64,000 nucleotides of DNA, taken from Gammaproteobacteria bacterium (GTDB lineage Bacteria > Pseudomonadota > Gammaproteobacteria > GCA-001735895). Location of the stretch: assembly GCA_050298595.1 (NCBI GenBank), contig JBNKUM010000100.1, forward strand, positions 96,001 to 160,000. The letters run 5' to 3'. Positions 1-9,800 of the stretch are shown piece by piece. How positions within the stretch are numbered: the first letter of the stretch is position 1; each line of letters starts with the position of its first letter. The notes below the pieces were generated by a model. That model had not been told where the DNA came from, searched no databases, and worked only from the letters and a program-made list of their open reading frames with translations. The position numbers were made by a program, and so were the translations under genes.

Positions 1-1
1 T

Positions 2-880
2 ATGAATTTTGATCAACATCCCGATGATGAACTGTTACAGGCTTACCAGCAAGAACCTGCAGCAGACAGGTTTATTGAGGTCAGTTTACATCTGGCCAGT
101 TGTGCGGATTGTCGTCAACAGCTTGCCAGGGTGCAAAATCTTAGATCTATCTATCGCTATATAGAGAGCGAAACGCTCAGTGATGAACAACAGCAACGGG
201 TGGAGGAATTTACTCAGCAATCATTATCCGAGGAAGATTATGCAGCGGCCAGGGATGAAATTCGTAATAATCCGGGAATGTTGAAGTCAGCTTTATATAG
301 CCTTTCCATGCCGCAGGATGTACTGCCGCATAGTATTCCTGCGAACGCTCCTGATAATGAAAACAGCTTCATGTCACAGCTGATCGAATGGTTCAACTGG
401 CCCACTCCAGCATGGGCAGGTTTTGCCGCAGGGGCGGTCATTACATTAACCGTAAGTGTTTTATTATTGGGTAACTCCATGTTGCAGCATGGGGCAACAT
501 CCTCAATCAATATCGCCAGCTATCAGGATAGTAAAAGCATGCGCTTTATCCCCCAGCAGACGGTTCCGGGTATAGGTTTTTTCAGTGCCGCAAATAATTA
601 TGCCAAACCCTATGACAATTTACTGATCAGTGTTGATGACGATCATCAATTACAGATGCAATGGCAGCCGGTAGATAACGCAACGCAATATCAGATCTCT
701 GTGTATCGTTTTAGCGATGGCGATAAACAGTTAGTTGAAAAAGTGACCACCCGGAATACTTATGCCTCGATACAACTTCAGCTAGAATCCTTTAATCAAC
801 GATTTGAATGGACATTAAGTGGAAACACTTCGCAACAGGAGGTATTCATTACCTCAGGTGGTTTTGTAATCGGTCAATAA
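2..880 (+). CDS. Zinc-binding (zf-HC2/ZAS) anti-sigma-factor-like membrane protein with C-terminal FN3-like extracytoplasmic domain
   Basis: N-terminal HPDDELL...HLASCADC (HxxxCxxC); single hydrophobic segment WAGFAAGAVITLTVSVLLL; C-terminal LQMQWQPVDNATQYQISVY resembles an FN3 strand pattern. Start is at the window edge. Confidence 0.65.
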   Translation: MNFDQHPDDELLQAYQQEPAADRFIEVSLHLASCADCRQQLARVQNLRSIYRYIESETLSDEQQQRVEEFTQQSLSEEDYAAARDEIRNNPGMLKSALYSLSMPQDVLPHSIPANAPDNENSFMSQLIEWFNWPTPAWAGFAAGAVITLTVSVLLLGNSMLQHGATSSINIASYQDSKSMRFIPQQTVPGIGFFSAANNYAKPYDNLLISVDDDHQLQMQWQPVDNATQYQISVYRFSDGDKQLVEKVTTRNTYASIQLQLESFNQRFEWTLSGNTSQQEVFITSGGFVIGQ

Positions 881-1935
881 TGATGCATAACTTAAACACA
901 TCTTTGAAAAACAGTATCCTGTTAGGTTTTATGTTACTGAGTCTGATCGCGCAAAACCTGCTGGCTCAGCAATATACCGGCAAACGCGGTATCGGTCTTG
1001 AATTGCACGAGCCAGTAGCAAGAGCACCGTTTAGTGGCGGATTTTATCGTGCGCTGATTATCGGCAACAATGTCTATCATGACCCCAGCGGACAATGGCC
1101 GCATCTGAAAACAGCGGTAAGCGACGCGCGTAGCCTGAGTCAGGTATTAAAAAGCCAGTATGGATTCAGTGATATCAGCCTGCTGGAAAATGCAACACGG
1201 CGTGATGTGCTGAAAGCCATGGAAGCCTTAGCTAACCGCGCGCTGCCGAATGATAATATTCTGGTGTATTACGCAGGCCATGGCTTTATTGATGATGAAA
1301 AGCAGCGTGGTTTCTGGGTGCCGGTGGATGCCAATGGCCTGGATAATACGACCTTCCTGAGAAATTCAACCATACGCGACGAATTAAACCTGATTGCATC
1401 GCGTGCCAAACATACGCTGCTGATTTCTGACTCCTGTTTTAGCGGCAGCCTGTTACGTCCAGTTAGTCGCGGGCTGAGTCAGGTTAGCGATAGTGAAAAG
1501 TACTTTAAAAAAGTATCCAGAAAAAAGAGTGTTCAGATCATGGCTGCGGGCGGAATCGAGTATGTGGATGATAATTACCAGTCTTCTGGTCATTCGCCTT
1601 TTACCTACTTTTTATTGAGCGAATTAAAAAATAATGACCGTGAGCTGATAACCCTGAGTGAACTATCGCAGAATGTCACGCGCGTGGTGGCGAATAATGT
1701 CGAACAGGTACCTCAAAGTGGCGTGTTACAGGGTGCCGGTGATGAGCTGGGTGAATTTATTTTTATCAAACTGAATGTTGAAGTGGATGGTGTGCCTGCA
1801 GAGAAGGTAAAGGTGCAGGTGAACGTTGTACCTGCCAAGGGTGCTGCAGCTAGACCAGTAGTCATTGAACAGGTTCAGCCAGCTGAGCAAAAGTCGAGCA
1901 TAGTTAAACCGCATCTTCCTATGCCTTCATTATAA
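880..1935 (+). CDS. Exported caspase-family (peptidase C14, metacaspase/orthocaspase-like) protein
   Basis: YRALIIGNNVY...LKTAVSDA, catalytic His in YYAGHG, catalytic Cys in ISDSCFSG, HSPFTYFLL; signal-peptide-like N-terminus; ATG at 880 overlaps upstream stop (TAATG). Confidence 0.9.
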   Translation: MMHNLNTSLKNSILLGFMLLSLIAQNLLAQQYTGKRGIGLELHEPVARAPFSGGFYRALIIGNNVYHDPSGQWPHLKTAVSDARSLSQVLKSQYGFSDISLLENATRRDVLKAMEALANRALPNDNILVYYAGHGFIDDEKQRGFWVPVDANGLDNTTFLRNSTIRDELNLIASRAKHTLLISDSCFSGSLLRPVSRGLSQVSDSEKYFKKVSRKKSVQIMAAGGIEYVDDNYQSSGHSPFTYFLLSELKNNDRELITLSELSQNVTRVVANNVEQVPQSGVLQGAGDELGEFIFIKLNVEVDGVPAEKVKVQVNVVPAKGAAARPVVIEQVQPAEQKSSIVKPHLPMPSL

Positions 1936-1946
1936 AGGAACAAATT

Positions 1947-2657
1947 ATGAATCGAGTGACGAACATACTCTGCACAGGACTGTTAAGCCTAAGCCTGACA
2001 CCGCTATGGGCTCAGGATTCACTCAATCTCGGTGTGGTGTTAAATGGCGGTGGCTGGAGTGCTGATAATGGAGCCGGTAGCAACAATTTTAGCAGTGATA
2101 AGGGCGGACAGTTCGGCGTTAGCGCCAGTTGGGCAGGAGATGCCTATTACTTTGGCCTGAGTTTGCAGGGCGGAGAGTATCAGTTTGATAACACAGGGCC
2201 TGGCCAGTTTACCTCCGCAGGGGCGATAGCCACCAGCGATGTCAGTGTCAAGCATGCAGATTTTGACCTGCTTGCAGGATATTATTTCTGGGAACAGGTA
2301 TCGTTGTTTGTCGATCTTAAAACGGTTAGCAGCACCTGGAATAACAATAATTATAAGCAGAGTTTCTCAGGGCTGGGTATTGGCGTTGCGGGTTATCACC
2401 CGATCAATGATGTCTGGACGTTTTATGGATCACTGGGGTTTGTTGGCGGTGATATCAAGGAGGATGGTAGTACGACACTGGGACGCGCAGGCAGCAGTGC
2501 CCTGATTCTGGGGGTGAATTATGCGCTGAATAAAAAAGACCACCTCAGCACAGGCTTTAAATCTCGCAGCTACCTGTTTGATTATGATGATGGGAATGAG
2601 CAGCAATATAATCTGAAGGGTTTATTTTTCGGTTACAATCATGCATTTGAACTATAA
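1947..2657 (+). CDS. Outer-membrane beta-barrel protein
   Basis: Signal peptide ending LWA-Q; alternating Gly/aromatic amphipathic strands; C-terminal FFGYNHAF resembling a BAM beta-signal; AAGGA RBS. Confidence 0.7.
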   Translation: MNRVTNILCTGLLSLSLTPLWAQDSLNLGVVLNGGGWSADNGAGSNNFSSDKGGQFGVSASWAGDAYYFGLSLQGGEYQFDNTGPGQFTSAGAIATSDVSVKHADFDLLAGYYFWEQVSLFVDLKTVSSTWNNNNYKQSFSGLGIGVAGYHPINDVWTFYGSLGFVGGDIKEDGSTTLGRAGSSALILGVNYALNKKDHLSTGFKSRSYLFDYDDGNEQQYNLKGLFFGYNHAFEL

Positions 2658-3159
2658 ACCGCTTGTACCCCTTTTATTGCTATTTATCTCCTTTAGTGTA
2701 TCTGCCAAACCTGCTGCGGAACTAAGAATAGTAAATCTGGATATCACCACCCACCTGGGTGACCAGCAAGTTTATCATGCCGGGGATAAGCTGAGTTTCA
2801 TGCTATCGCTGGATGAGGATGCCTACGTGTATCTTTTCTATCAGGACTCTGAAAATCACTTGTTGCAGCTACTACCAAACGCACAACACAGGCAGAATTT
2901 TTTTAAAGCTGGATTATATATTCCTATACCTGATCCTGAAGCGGGTTTCAGTTACAAGGTAGAAGCTCCGTTTGGTACAGATCGCGTATGGGCTTTTGCA
3001 GTCGATCATCAGCATTCAGGGCTTCCGGGTCAGGTTCTGGGAAATGGACTCATACTTATGTTACAAACCATTGATCAGGTTCGTAGTGAACTCAAGGCTC
3101 AGGCAGAGAAAGTATTTGATCAGTCTTCAAAACAGATTATCACCCAGCCAGAAAAATAA
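2641..3159 (+). CDS. Exported DUF4384-like domain protein
   Basis: YHAGDKLSF...DAYVYLFYQD...LLQLLPN...APFGTDRVWAFA pattern typical of DUF4384; signal peptide ending VSA-K; overlaps upstream gene. Confidence 0.75.
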   Translation: MHLNYKPLVPLLLLFISFSVSAKPAAELRIVNLDITTHLGDQQVYHAGDKLSFMLSLDEDAYVYLFYQDSENHLLQLLPNAQHRQNFFKAGLYIPIPDPEAGFSYKVEAPFGTDRVWAFAVDHQHSGLPGQVLGNGLILMLQTIDQVRSELKAQAEKVFDQSSKQIITQPEK

Positions 3160-3174
3160 CAGCTTGATCAAAAC

Positions 3175-4071
3175 CTATCGGGAATTTTGACTATGACCAA
3201 TATTGGAAAAATTAGCGGTAGTGTCTTCGTAGTTGAGCATAGATTTCAATTCTTTCCAAACTGACTCAGAATTAATGATTCGATCATGCCCCCATTTGTT
3301 GGTAACTACTAATTTGGTAAGTGGGAATTTGGCGCTAAATTTTACGATATCTGAAATCGGAGATAAATCATCGCTCTTATCATGTGCGATAACAGTATGG
3401 TCACTGTATTTCTGCAAATTTGTAGCCAGTTCAAATTTGGCATACTTCCTAACATAGTTTGCAACAAATTTGGCAGCGTATTGTTTTAATATATCAGGGT
3501 GTAACTTCAGGCCTTTCAGTCGATTAAGAAAATACAGTTTGTAATTAAAAACAGGCGAGATTAAAAACAAGGGTAAACCATTTATCAGAGCCGGTTCGCT
3601 ATTGGCAATGACCGTGCAACCGATATCGTGCCCAACCACTGCATTTAGCCCATTTAGATGATTGATTTTGACAAACTTTAATATGGTATTTGTGGTTGAA
3701 ACCATCTGCTGTATGGTTGCAGGTTTGCTTTCGCTTTGTCCATGACCCAAATGATCAAACGCAAGCGCCGTAAAACCACAGTCTCTGAGACCTCGCATCA
3801 GTGAAAAAAACTGAGAAGCCCCGCCACCCCAGCCATGTATAAAAACAACGGTTGGTCCTGTACCCGTCTGGTAAATATTAACCTTACCATCTGCTGTATT
3901 AAATCTAAGTCGCTCGAAGTCTTTCGGTGTCTGTTGATTGTTACTTTGCTGAGTATTCAGCATAAATAGATGAGCATCAATTTTGCGTTCGGCCCATTTT
4001 GGGGAGATTCGATTCCTGATTAAATCTAACGACATTAGAAGAGAGGATTGAGCATTTTTGAAATTCGGCAT
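3175..4071 (-). CDS. Alpha/beta-fold hydrolase
   Basis: FIHGWGG, AFDHLGHGQS, nucleophile elbow VVGHDIG, HDKSD and GHDRII motifs. Confidence 0.8.
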   Translation of the reverse strand: MPNFKNAQSSLLMSLDLIRNRISPKWAERKIDAHLFMLNTQQSNNQQTPKDFERLRFNTADGKVNIYQTGTGPTVVFIHGWGGGASQFFSLMRGLRDCGFTALAFDHLGHGQSESKPATIQQMVSTTNTILKFVKINHLNGLNAVVGHDIGCTVIANSEPALINGLPLFLISPVFNYKLYFLNRLKGLKLHPDILKQYAAKFVANYVRKYAKFELATNLQKYSDHTVIAHDKSDDLSPISDIVKFSAKFPLTKLVVTNKWGHDRIINSESVWKELKSMLNYEDTTANFSNIGHSQNSR

Positions 4072-4246
4072 AACCTGAGACGGCTCGTAAAAAAACTATT
4101 ATCAGGCCTATATTATAGAGCTAATCAGTATGCTATTGATGGATAGAAAAAGAGAAATTGTTTAACAATTTTTTTAAAAAAAATCACTGGGGCCGAGTAT
4201 CCTCAATCAAAGAAAAAATACACCCGCAGCGATAAAGAACTAAAAC

Positions 4247-4948
4247 TTAGCTCAGTTGATAAACAATAGACATACCCAGCCCGCAGGTTAATACACCGAT
4301 AGCTGTCTGTAGTCCATTGTGCATCCAGGTTAGTCCATTTGCTGAGGCTCGCAGCGGTATCGCTATGATTATGGATAGTATCGCCATACCCAGCATAGAG
4401 CCAGTTCCAAACAGCAGCATATACCATAATCCCAGCCATAGACTGTCAACAGTCTCCATGGTGAGCAGTATCAGGGCAGCAGAACCTGCCATGCCGTGCA
4501 TCAGACCGATCATCAGGGTGCGTACTGGAAAGCGATGGTCGTGGCTGTGTTCATGATTGCTCTGCTGGTGGGAAGGTTCCGCCTGATGCGAGTGAGCATG
4601 TATATGTGCAGCGGCTTGATTATGACGATGTATATGGTAATGAATGCGGTCACGGATTACGCGACGTAGTACATCCAGACCCAGGGCGATCAGCATAACG
4701 CCTACACCAATTTGCAGTAAGTAGGTGAGTTTTTCAGGGACGACGGTATCCATCCAGATGACTACCGATCCGAACAGGAACAGGGTAATGGTATGACCAA
4801 GACCCCACACCAGGCCATGCCGGATGCTGGAGCGGATGGAGTTATTCTGTTGTGTGGTAATCGCTGCCACCGCTGCCAGATGGTCGGCATCCAGCGCATG
4901 GCGCATGCCGATCATGAAACCTAGTAATAATAGACTGGACATCAACAT
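4247..4948 (-). CDS. Nickel transporter, NiCoT-related UreH/HoxN-like family
   Basis: RHALDADH motif, WGLGHT, His-rich loop, GLMHGMAGS; last gene of the hyp operon. Confidence 0.85.
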   Translation of the reverse strand: MLMSSLLLLGFMIGMRHALDADHLAAVAAITTQQNNSIRSSIRHGLVWGLGHTITLFLFGSVVIWMDTVVPEKLTYLLQIGVGVMLIALGLDVLRRVIRDRIHYHIHRHNQAAAHIHAHSHQAEPSHQQSNHEHSHDHRFPVRTLMIGLMHGMAGSAALILLTMETVDSLWLGLWYMLLFGTGSMLGMAILSIIIAIPLRASANGLTWMHNGLQTAIGVLTCGLGMSIVYQLS

Positions 4949-6000
4949 ATCCTCGGCAATTGCTCACCCACCAGCATATCGACAATACGGTCACCGCCGA
5001 AACGGGTTTTCAGGATAACACGCTGCTTCGGTTCGGCCACCACCTCAGCTACGACACGACTGTATTCGCCCTGAGGATGTGCCTGCATCACCTGCAGTAT
5101 GGCGTCTGCTTTCTCCGCCGGAACCACGGCGATAACCTTGCCTTCGTTGGCCAGATACAGTGGGTCGAGTCCGAGAATTTCACACATGCCGCGTACCTCA
5201 TCACGAATCGGCAGGCTGGATTCATCAATCCTTATCGCGCAGTTGCTGGACTCGGCAAATTCATTCAACACAGTGGCGATCCCGCCACGCGTGGCATCGC
5301 GCATGCAGTGAATATCGGGGCAGACCTCAAGCATGGCCTGTATCAGGGAGTTTAATGGTGCACAATCGGTCTGGATGGTGTTTTCCATCGCCAGCTCACC
5401 ACGTGCATCGACGATGGCAGCACCATGATCTCCGATATAGCCGTTGCAGATCACGACATCGCCTGGTTGCGCACGATTAGCGGCGACATTAATACCTGCC
5501 GGGATCACGCCGATTCCGGCGGTATTGATGAATAGCTTGTCGGCAGCACCTCGGTGAACCACCTTGGTATCGCCGGTGACGATGCGTACGCCACATTCGT
5601 CTGCAGTGGCTTTCATCGAAGCAACCACTCGGCGTAAGTCTTCTACAGCAAGGCCTTCTTCAATAATCATGCCGCAGCTCAGGTAAAGCGGTATGGCTCC
5701 GCCTACGGCAAGATCGTTAATCGTACCAGTGACCGCCAGCTTGCCGATATCACCACCGGGGAAAAACAGTGGGTCAACCACATAGCTGTCGGTGGTCATC
5801 GCCAGCCGATCACCGAACTGCAGCAGGTTATTCATATCGAAACGCGCCTGATCCTCCAGTGTATTCAGCTCAGGGCTGTCAAAGCCCGCGACAAATACAT
5901 CATCGATCAGATCGCGCATGGCCTTGCCGCCACTACCGTGAGACAGGGTTATGGTGTCGGCACGCAGTTTACGCGCCCGCATTGGTTTTTCAGCATTCAT
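4942..6000 (-). CDS. hypE: Hydrogenase maturation carbamoyl dehydratase HypE
   Basis: HGSGG, TTDSYVVDPLFFPGGDIG, DATRGG, C-terminal PRIC. Confidence 0.97.
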   Translation of the reverse strand: MNAEKPMRARKLRADTITLSHGSGGKAMRDLIDDVFVAGFDSPELNTLEDQARFDMNNLLQFGDRLAMTTDSYVVDPLFFPGGDIGKLAVTGTINDLAVGGAIPLYLSCGMIIEEGLAVEDLRRVVASMKATADECGVRIVTGDTKVVHRGAADKLFINTAGIGVIPAGINVAANRAQPGDVVICNGYIGDHGAAIVDARGELAMENTIQTDCAPLNSLIQAMLEVCPDIHCMRDATRGGIATVLNEFAESSNCAIRIDESSLPIRDEVRGMCEILGLDPLYLANEGKVIAVVPAEKADAILQVMQAHPQGEYSRVVAEVVAEPKQRVILKTRFGGDRIVDMLVGEQLPRIC

Positions 6001-7154
6001 GCTGCGCTGGCCCCTTCGGATTGATTTCGTTTCTCAAGTAATTCAGGCAGATTGCCGAAATTATAGTAAGCGGCACAGGCTCCCTCGGAGGAAACCATCA
6101 GTGCCCCCATTGGTGTTTCTGGAGAGCAACTGGTACCAAATACCTTGCACTGCCAGGGCCGGATAACGCCCTTGATGACTTCGCCACACTGGCAGGATTT
6201 CGGGTCGGCAATCTTCAGGTTAGGTACATTGAATTTCTGTTCGGCATCGAATTCTGCATATTCCTTACGGATACGTACCCCGGAATGATCGATGGAACCC
6301 AGACCGCGTAACTCAAAAAAATCGCGTAATTCATACACTTCATGGATGGCATTCAGCGCTGGTGTATTACCAGACTTTGGCACCACACGCTGATACTGGT
6401 TTTCCACCTCACAGCGCTGTTCGCTAAACTGCTTGATCACCATGTAGATCGATTGCAGGATATCCAGCGGTTCAAAACCCGTGATCACGATAGGCTTGTG
6501 ATATTCCTGCGGGATAAACTGGAATGGCTCCTCGCCAACCACCATGCTGACATGACCCGGGGCAAGAAAAGCATCGATACGCATATCGGGGGAATCGAGT
6601 ACTGCCTTGATGGTGGGTACCGTGGTGATGTGGTTACAGAACAGGGAAAAGTTTTTCACTCCTTCGGTTTTGGCCTGTAAAAGGGTTAAAGCCGTGCTGG
6701 GCATGGTGGTTTCAAAACCCAGCGCGAAAAATATTACCTGCCGATCAGGGTATTTACGTGCCAGCTCCAGTGCATCCAGCGGTGAATACACCATGCGGAT
6801 ATCAGCACCTTCGGCCTTCGCCTGTAACAGACTTTTGTTCGAGCCGGGTACCCGCATCGCGTCGCCAAAGGTGCTGAAGATGACATCGGGGCGCTCGGCC
6901 AGTGCCACGCAATCATCCACTCGACCCATAGGCAATACGCAGACTGGACAGCCAGGCCCATGCACCATCTCTATGCTGTCGGGCAACATCTGTTCGATAC
7001 CATAGCGAAATATCGTATGCGTATGACCACCGCAAAACTCCATGATCAGTAAAGGATTCTTTTTATCATAGGGTAGCGATTGCATTATTTCGGCAATCTT
7101 AAGGGTCAGGGAATGAGCCATTTCCGGGTCGCGGAATTCATCTATATATTTCAT
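5997..7154 (-). CDS. hypD: Hydrogenase maturation protein HypD
   Basis: MKYIDEFRDP start at 7154; CGGHTH, GPGCPVC, GFETT, MVSSEGACAAYY. Confidence 0.97.
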   Translation of the reverse strand: MKYIDEFRDPEMAHSLTLKIAEIMQSLPYDKKNPLLIMEFCGGHTHTIFRYGIEQMLPDSIEMVHGPGCPVCVLPMGRVDDCVALAERPDVIFSTFGDAMRVPGSNKSLLQAKAEGADIRMVYSPLDALELARKYPDRQVIFFALGFETTMPSTALTLLQAKTEGVKNFSLFCNHITTVPTIKAVLDSPDMRIDAFLAPGHVSMVVGEEPFQFIPQEYHKPIVITGFEPLDILQSIYMVIKQFSEQRCEVENQYQRVVPKSGNTPALNAIHEVYELRDFFELRGLGSIDHSGVRIRKEYAEFDAEQKFNVPNLKIADPKSCQCGEVIKGVIRPWQCKVFGTSCSPETPMGALMVSSEGACAAYYNFGNLPELLEKRNQSEGASAA

Positions 7155-7155
7155 C

Positions 7156-7434
7156 TCATTGCTCCGATAGTTGCATGGCGTCCAGCTCCTGCTGAACCTC
7201 ACCCAGTTCGGCTAAAATGGCCAGGGTTTTCTGCGCTTCCTCTTCGTCGATTCGACTCATCGCAAATCCGACGTGCACCAGCACCCAGTCGCCGATGCAG
7301 GCCTGTGCAGGATGATCATCGGATACGATGCAGGCAATATTCACCTGCCTCTGGATACCACTGACATCGACCCGCGCCATCAGGTTGTCTGGGTCGGTGA
7401 TTTCTACAATTTTACCGGGGATACCAAGGCACAT
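7156..7434 (-). CDS. hypC: Hydrogenase maturation chaperone HypC
   Basis: MCLGIPG N-terminus at 7434; GDWVLVHVGFA. Confidence 0.96.
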   Translation of the reverse strand: MCLGIPGKIVEITDPDNLMARVDVSGIQRQVNIACIVSDDHPAQACIGDWVLVHVGFAMSRIDEEEAQKTLAILAELGEVQQELDAMQLSEQ

Positions 7435-7435
7435 A

Positions 7436-9799
7436 TTAGTTAGTCTCCTGTTGTAAGCGGGCAGCAGCAATGGCCGCCTGCCCGATGGCCAGACCACCAT
7501 CGTTGGCTGGAATCTGGCGATGTGTTAATACCTGCAGGCCTTGCTCGGCCAGCAACTGTCGTGTGAGTTTACATAGCGTTGGGTTTTGCATCACGCCCCC
7601 TGAAAGCGCCACGGTGTTTATTGCATACTGTGTTGAAATACTGCTTACCATAGCATGGATCATCTGTGCCAGCGTCAGATGAAAGCGTGCTGAGATAAAC
7701 GCTTTGTCCATGCCCTGAGCCAGATCCTGTATCAGCGCCTGCCACATGGCTGCCGGATTGATCAATGCGACAGCCCCATGTTCAATGTCAAATGGATAGG
7801 CTGTCGCCTGTTGCAGATGCTGCGGCTGGATCAGTGCTTCCAGCTCAATCGCTGCCTGGCCTTCGTAACTGATCGCATCCCGACAGATACCCAGTGCTGC
7901 AGCGACCGCATCAAACAATCGACCGCAGGATGAGCTCAAGGGTGCATTGGTGTTGCTTTGAATCATACGCTGTAGGGTTTCTAGCGGTTTCTGCTTCAGG
8001 TATTGAAACAGATCCAGCTCGGCGAATTGCTGACTAAGGTCAGGCCAGTCAGCATTTTGATAAAGCTGTGCAAAAGTATTGCGCCAGGGTTCAAGCATGG
8101 CCTTATGCCCGCCGGGCAGGGCAATGGGTTTGAAGCTGCCTGGTCGTTGATAGTCGGTATAATTCACCAGCATGAATTCGCCGCCCCAGAGGGTGCCATC
8201 ATCAGCATATCCCAGGCCATCCAGTGCGACCCCTATCACCTGGCCCTGATCAATGTGCCAGTGGTTATCAGCCATGCAGGCTGCGATATGTGCATGGTGA
8301 TGCTGAACCTCGATTAAGGGTATGTTCTGCTGCTGAGCCCACTGTCGCCCCAGTTTGCTGGACAGGTATTCAGGGTGTTTATCGATGACGATGGCTTGGG
8401 CGTTAAAGTCGTATAGGCGCTGGTATAAATCCAGATTCTTCAGGTAATCTTCATAGGTTTGATAGTTTTCCAGATCACCCATATGTTGAGACAGGGTTAG
8501 CTGTTGAGCGCGTAGCAGGGCAAAGGTGTTTTTAAGCTCTGCACCCAGAGCCAGGATCTGGCGTTGATTGTTGAAATCATTCGGCAATGAAATGGGCGCG
8601 GGTGCATATCCACGCGCACGGCGGTAATACTGGGTTTGCTGCTCGATGATCCGCAGCACTGAATCATCGATTCGGTTGACGATATCGCGATTATGCAGCA
8701 CAAAGAAGTCTGCGATATCGCTCAGTTTATCCAGCGCCTGACTATTATCGATACACTGGGGTTCATGCGAGGAATTACCCGAGGTTAACACTATCGGAGC
8801 GTCTAACTGCTGCATGAGTAAATGATGCAAAGGCGAGTAGGGCAGCATGAAGCCGAGTGATTGCTGTCCCGGGGCCAGTTGACCCGACAGGCTGCTGTCA
8901 TTGCTGAGCGACTGTAAAATCATAATCGGTGCAGCCGGGCTTTCAAGCTGCTGTTGCTCCAGCTCGCTGACTATGCAGTACTGCCTGATCTGTTCAATAT
9001 CTTTGGCCATCAAGGCAAGCGCCTTAAAAGGACGTTGTTTGCGCTGGCGTAGTTCCAGTACGGCATTATCGTTAGTCGCATCACAGGCCAGTTGAAATCC
9101 ACCTATGCCCTTAATGGCGATAATCTTTCCCTGTTTTAGTAACTCGGCAGTATGCGCAATGATGTCCTCAACGATCAGCGGATTACCCTGATTGTCGCAC
9201 AGCTGTAAAACCGGGCCACAGTCAGGGCAGGCGTTAGGCTGGGCGTGGAAACGTCTATCCAGCGGGTCCTGATACTCCTGAAAGCAGGATGGACATTGCT
9301 CGAATTCATCCATGCTGGTGAAAGGTCGGTCATAAGGAATATTGCGTACAATACTCAGGCGCGGGCCGCAATGGGTGCAATTGGTAAATGCATAGCCATA
9401 ACGCCGGTTTTCTGGATCGTTAATGTCATCCAGACATTGCGAGCAGGTAGCCGCATCGGCGACTACGCCGGTATTTATCTTGCCTGTCGGGCTTTGTTGA
9501 ATAGTGAAATCGTCAAACACCATGTCGACCGTTGCAGGCTGGCAGTCAATCGAGTCTATCTGAGCCAATGGCGGTGTGTTCTGCCTGATCAATTCAATAA
9601 AGTGTTGTATGCGCGCTTCGTCTGCTTGCGCCAGGATCAAAACTCCATCGCCATCATTATGCACGCTACCCTTTATTTCAAGCTGCTGAGCAATGCGGTA
9701 AACGGTAGGTCTGAACCCCACACCCTGCACCTGTCCACGCACACGAATCTGCTGGGTAAGGGAACTGGTTAAATGTGCCTGAGTGGTCGATGTGTTCAT
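7436..9799 (-). CDS. hypF: Carbamoyltransferase HypF
   Basis: GQVQGVGFRP acylphosphatase domain, two CxxC zinc fingers, KGIGGF, QHHHAH, NDGGLAIGQ; start moved to ATG at 9799. Confidence 0.97.
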   Translation of the reverse strand: MNTSTTQAHLTSSLTQQIRVRGQVQGVGFRPTVYRIAQQLEIKGSVHNDGDGVLILAQADEARIQHFIELIRQNTPPLAQIDSIDCQPATVDMVFDDFTIQQSPTGKINTGVVADAATCSQCLDDINDPENRRYGYAFTNCTHCGPRLSIVRNIPYDRPFTSMDEFEQCPSCFQEYQDPLDRRFHAQPNACPDCGPVLQLCDNQGNPLIVEDIIAHTAELLKQGKIIAIKGIGGFQLACDATNDNAVLELRQRKQRPFKALALMAKDIEQIRQYCIVSELEQQQLESPAAPIMILQSLSNDSSLSGQLAPGQQSLGFMLPYSPLHHLLMQQLDAPIVLTSGNSSHEPQCIDNSQALDKLSDIADFFVLHNRDIVNRIDDSVLRIIEQQTQYYRRARGYAPAPISLPNDFNNQRQILALGAELKNTFALLRAQQLTLSQHMGDLENYQTYEDYLKNLDLYQRLYDFNAQAIVIDKHPEYLSSKLGRQWAQQQNIPLIEVQHHHAHIAACMADNHWHIDQGQVIGVALDGLGYADDGTLWGGEFMLVNYTDYQRPGSFKPIALPGGHKAMLEPWRNTFAQLYQNADWPDLSQQFAELDLFQYLKQKPLETLQRMIQSNTNAPLSSSCGRLFDAVAAALGICRDAISYEGQAAIELEALIQPQHLQQATAYPFDIEHGAVALINPAAMWQALIQDLAQGMDKAFISARFHLTLAQMIHAMVSSISTQYAINTVALSGGVMQNPTLCKLTRQLLAEQGLQVLTHRQIPANDGGLAIGQAAIAAARLQQETN

Positions 9800-9800
9800 A

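Noticed and set aside
808-879. Longer start for the caspase ORF
   Set aside because: Overlaps the upstream gene by 73 bp and would bury the signal peptide; ATG at 880/883 fits translational coupling.
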